This document shows, piece by piece, positions 62,100 through 64,000 of a DNA stretch of 64,000 nucleotides. Each line of letters opens with the position of its first letter. The first letter of the stretch is position 1. This stretch comes from Blastocatellia bacterium. Lineage in GTDB: Bacteria; Acidobacteriota; Blastocatellia; UBA7656. Where the stretch lies: NCBI GenBank assembly GCA_036003885.1, contig DASYSA010000010.1, forward strand, positions 2,045 through 66,044, written 5' to 3'. The notes beneath the pieces are model-generated. The model was not told the origin of the DNA and did not search any database. It saw only the letters and a program-made list of their open reading frames with translations. The translations under genes were made by a program, and so were the position numbers.

Positions 62100-63001
62100 C
62101 TGTTGGCTGTGCTGCGGACGGTTGGTTTCTCCGTAGTCTTGAGCTTGTCCGCGCTGATACCCGATTGGCGCCTTACGAAATAATCGAAGAGCCGCTCGGG
62201 CAGCCAGCGCTTGAGCGCGAGGAACACTCGAGCGTGACGGGGCGCGGCGTATCGAGCCCGAGGATTGTCTGCAGTCAGCGCTTTGAGAACAAGTTCGCCT
62301 ATGTCTTCGGGTCTCCCGGCGATGCGACGCAGTCGTTCATACCCGGCGCCGAAGTCTTCAAAGAACGGAGTGTACGGAGTCTCCTGCTCGACCACAGGCC
62401 GCGAGCGTTCATTGGCCACGCCTAGAAACTCGGTCAGGATAAATCCGGGCTCGATAGCGACGACTTTGATCCCGAATGGGGCCATTTCGCCGCGCATGCC
62501 ATCCGAAATGGCTTCCAGAGCGTGTTTGGTGGCGTCGTACACAGACGACAGCGGCCGGGCGATCTTTCCCGCTACCGAGCTGATGTTGACGATGCGGCCG
62601 CTCCCCTGCTCGCGCATAATCGGCATAACGAGTTGGGTCAACGCGATCAGCGAGAAGAGATTGGTCTCGAAGTTCTGACGAATCGCTTCGATCGGAACGA
62701 TCTCGATGGGTCCTCGCTGTCCGTAACCCGCGTTGTTGACCAACCCATCGATCCGGCCGGTAACGCCTAAGCTCTCTCGCACCAGGCGCTCGCGGTCCTC
62801 AGCCGAGGTGATGTCTCCGGCGACGGCGAGCGCTCGTCCGCCGGCCGCTTCAATCTCTTGCTTGAGCGCATCGAGCCTGTCACGCCGCCGCGCAGTGATA
62901 ATGACGTGGGCGCCTTCGCGAGCCAGCATTCGCGCGGTCGCTTCTCCGATCCCCGCGGAAGCCCCAGTCACTATGACAACCTGATCGTGCAGTCGTGCCA
63001 T
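62096..63001 (-). CDS. short-chain dehydrogenase/reductase (SDR) family oxidoreductase
   Basis: TGASAGIGEA Rossmann motif, NNAG and a YxxxK catalytic region. Confidence 0.85.
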   Translation of the reverse strand: MARLHDQVVIVTGASAGIGEATARMLAREGAHVIITARRRDRLDALKQEIEAAGGRALAVAGDITSAEDRERLVRESLGVTGRIDGLVNNAGYGQRGPIEIVPIEAIRQNFETNLFSLIALTQLVMPIMREQGSGRIVNISSVAGKIARPLSSVYDATKHALEAISDGMRGEMAPFGIKVVAIEPGFILTEFLGVANERSRPVVEQETPYTPFFEDFGAGYERLRRIAGRPEDIGELVLKALTADNPRARYAAPRHARVFLALKRWLPERLFDYFVRRQSGISADKLKTTEKPTVRSTANR

Positions 63002-63110
63002 TCGTTTTACGTTTTGCGTTTTAGGTTTTGCGTTTTATGTTCTGCGTCTCTCGATAGGACCAACGACGTCACGGGAAAACGCGAAACGACAAACGCGGAA
63101 CGCGGAACGT
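63001..63110. repeat. heptamer-array hairpin element, CGTTTTG/CAAAACG family
   Basis: The left arm is CGTTTTA CGTTTTG CGTTTTA GGTTTTG CGTTTTA TGTTCTG. The right arm is GGAAAAC GCGAAAC GACAAAC GCGGAAC GCGGAAC. It fills the SDR-esterase gap. Confidence 0.75.
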
Positions 63111-63112
63111 CC

Positions 63113-63937
63113 TTACAGGTATTCGCCAATCATCTTCCGCCATGACGGCCAATCGTGGACGGTGTGCCCGCCCCAGTCGTCCAGCCTGTGATCGATTCCT
63201 CGCTGGGACAAGACGTGCGACATGTCGAAAGTGCGTTCGCGGCAGATCCCAATGTCCCAGTCACTGGTCGCCAGAGATATCTCCATGCGTCGCATCAGAC
63301 CGAGTAGTCGCTCGTCACTAATGTTAGCCATGTATGAGACCGGGCAATTGAAGTAGCAGTCGTCGTCGTAGTAACCATCCAGCAGACGTTTAATCGAATA
63401 CGAGCCGCTCAAACCCACCGTCTTTGTGACGATCTCCGGGTGCTTGAATGCGAAGTTCACCGCGAGGTAAGCGCCGAAGCTCACGCCCGCTGTAATGAGG
63501 TGGGGCGTCGAGTTTCGAGAGCGCACGAACGGGATGACCTCCTCCCGGACATAGGACTCCCAGGCGTTGTGGCGACGGACGCGCTCGGCCGGATGAATGT
63601 TGTTGTTGTACCAGGACTCCGAACAGAAACTGTCCACTCCGTAGAGCTGGATATGGCCGGCGTCGATCTTGCCGGCAAGCGCATCGATCATCAAGAAGTC
63701 TTTCCACTCATAGAATCGACCCCACGAACTGGGAAACACAAGAACCGGCGTGCCGGCGTCGCCCCAGGCGAGGATCTCCATTTCGCGCCCCATCCGAGGG
63801 CTGAACCAACCCGCGTAGGTCTCACTTGGCATGGCGTGTAAGCTAACGGCATCGGCCGGGAATTTCAAGGTGGAGGGAAAAGGAAATGCGAAATTCGAAA
63901 TGCGAAATGCGAAATTCTCATTTTTCGCATTCCGCAT
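63113..63937 (-). CDS. esterase-family (PF00756-like) alpha/beta hydrolase
   Basis: GVSFGAY (GxSxG) nucleophile elbow and about 270 aa. Confidence 0.7.
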   Translation of the reverse strand: MRNAKNENFAFRISNFAFPFPSTLKFPADAVSLHAMPSETYAGWFSPRMGREMEILAWGDAGTPVLVFPSSWGRFYEWKDFLMIDALAGKIDAGHIQLYGVDSFCSESWYNNNIHPAERVRRHNAWESYVREEVIPFVRSRNSTPHLITAGVSFGAYLAVNFAFKHPEIVTKTVGLSGSYSIKRLLDGYYDDDCYFNCPVSYMANISDERLLGLMRRMEISLATSDWDIGICRERTFDMSHVLSQRGIDHRLDDWGGHTVHDWPSWRKMIGEYL

Positions 63938-63948
63938 TTCGCATTTCC
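63882..63948. repeat. heptamer-array hairpin element, GAAATGC family
   Basis: The left arm is GGAAATGC GAAATTC GAAATGC GAAATGC GAAATTC. The right arm is CGCATTC CGCATTT CGCATTT CC. It has the same unit as the 14531 element and overlaps the 5' end of the esterase gene. Confidence 0.7.
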
Positions 63949-64000
63949 TTACTGCTTGGTCACACGGTTGAAGTGGATCAGCGACAGCGAGGGTTTGGAA

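Overview
This is a high-GC, Acidobacteria-like stretch of core chromosome on which I can place about 55 protein-coding genes. The recognisable blocks are: the clpP(partial)-clpX-lon-engB-rho housekeeping genes; uppS, glgA, trxA, purA, rpoD, acpS and rnz; a complete division and cell-wall (dcw) cluster running mraZ-rsmH-ftsL-ftsI-murE-murF-mraY-ftsW-murG-murC-ftsQ-ftsA-ftsZ; an ArnT-like glycosyltransferase, YdjC deacetylase and GT2 glycosyltransferase trio; an ECF sigma and anti-sigma pair beside a class-A beta-lactamase; and several transporters. I found no rRNA, tRNA, CRISPR array or obvious mobile element. Four things stand out.

- **Candidate selenoproteins.** Two paralogous secreted DUF1573-family genes (24592-25668 on + and 58283-59515 on -) each carry one in-frame TGA at the homologous conserved Cys-motif position. 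A small hairpin made from the same codons follows about 12-15 nt downstream in both. This fits a new selenocysteine-containing protein family better than independent pseudogenisation.
- **Heptamer hairpin elements.** At least eleven intergenic elements have each arm built as a tandem array of one 7-nt unit, with the other arm its reverse complement. The unit differs between loci. One of these elements sits in every gene junction from mraY to ftsQ.
- **An unusual regulator.** A 927-aa protein combines an OmpR-type winged-helix DNA-binding domain, a P-loop STAND NTPase, HEAT repeats and a C-terminal glycine-zipper multi-pass membrane domain.
- **Arn-like glycosylation pathway.** The three-gene cluster looks like the Arn lipid-A modification route, with a YdjC deacetylase in the place of ArnD.

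Coordinates of short motifs are read by eye and may be off by a few nucleotides. Gene coordinates follow the supplied ORF track, whose 'M' start codons can be GTG or TTG.
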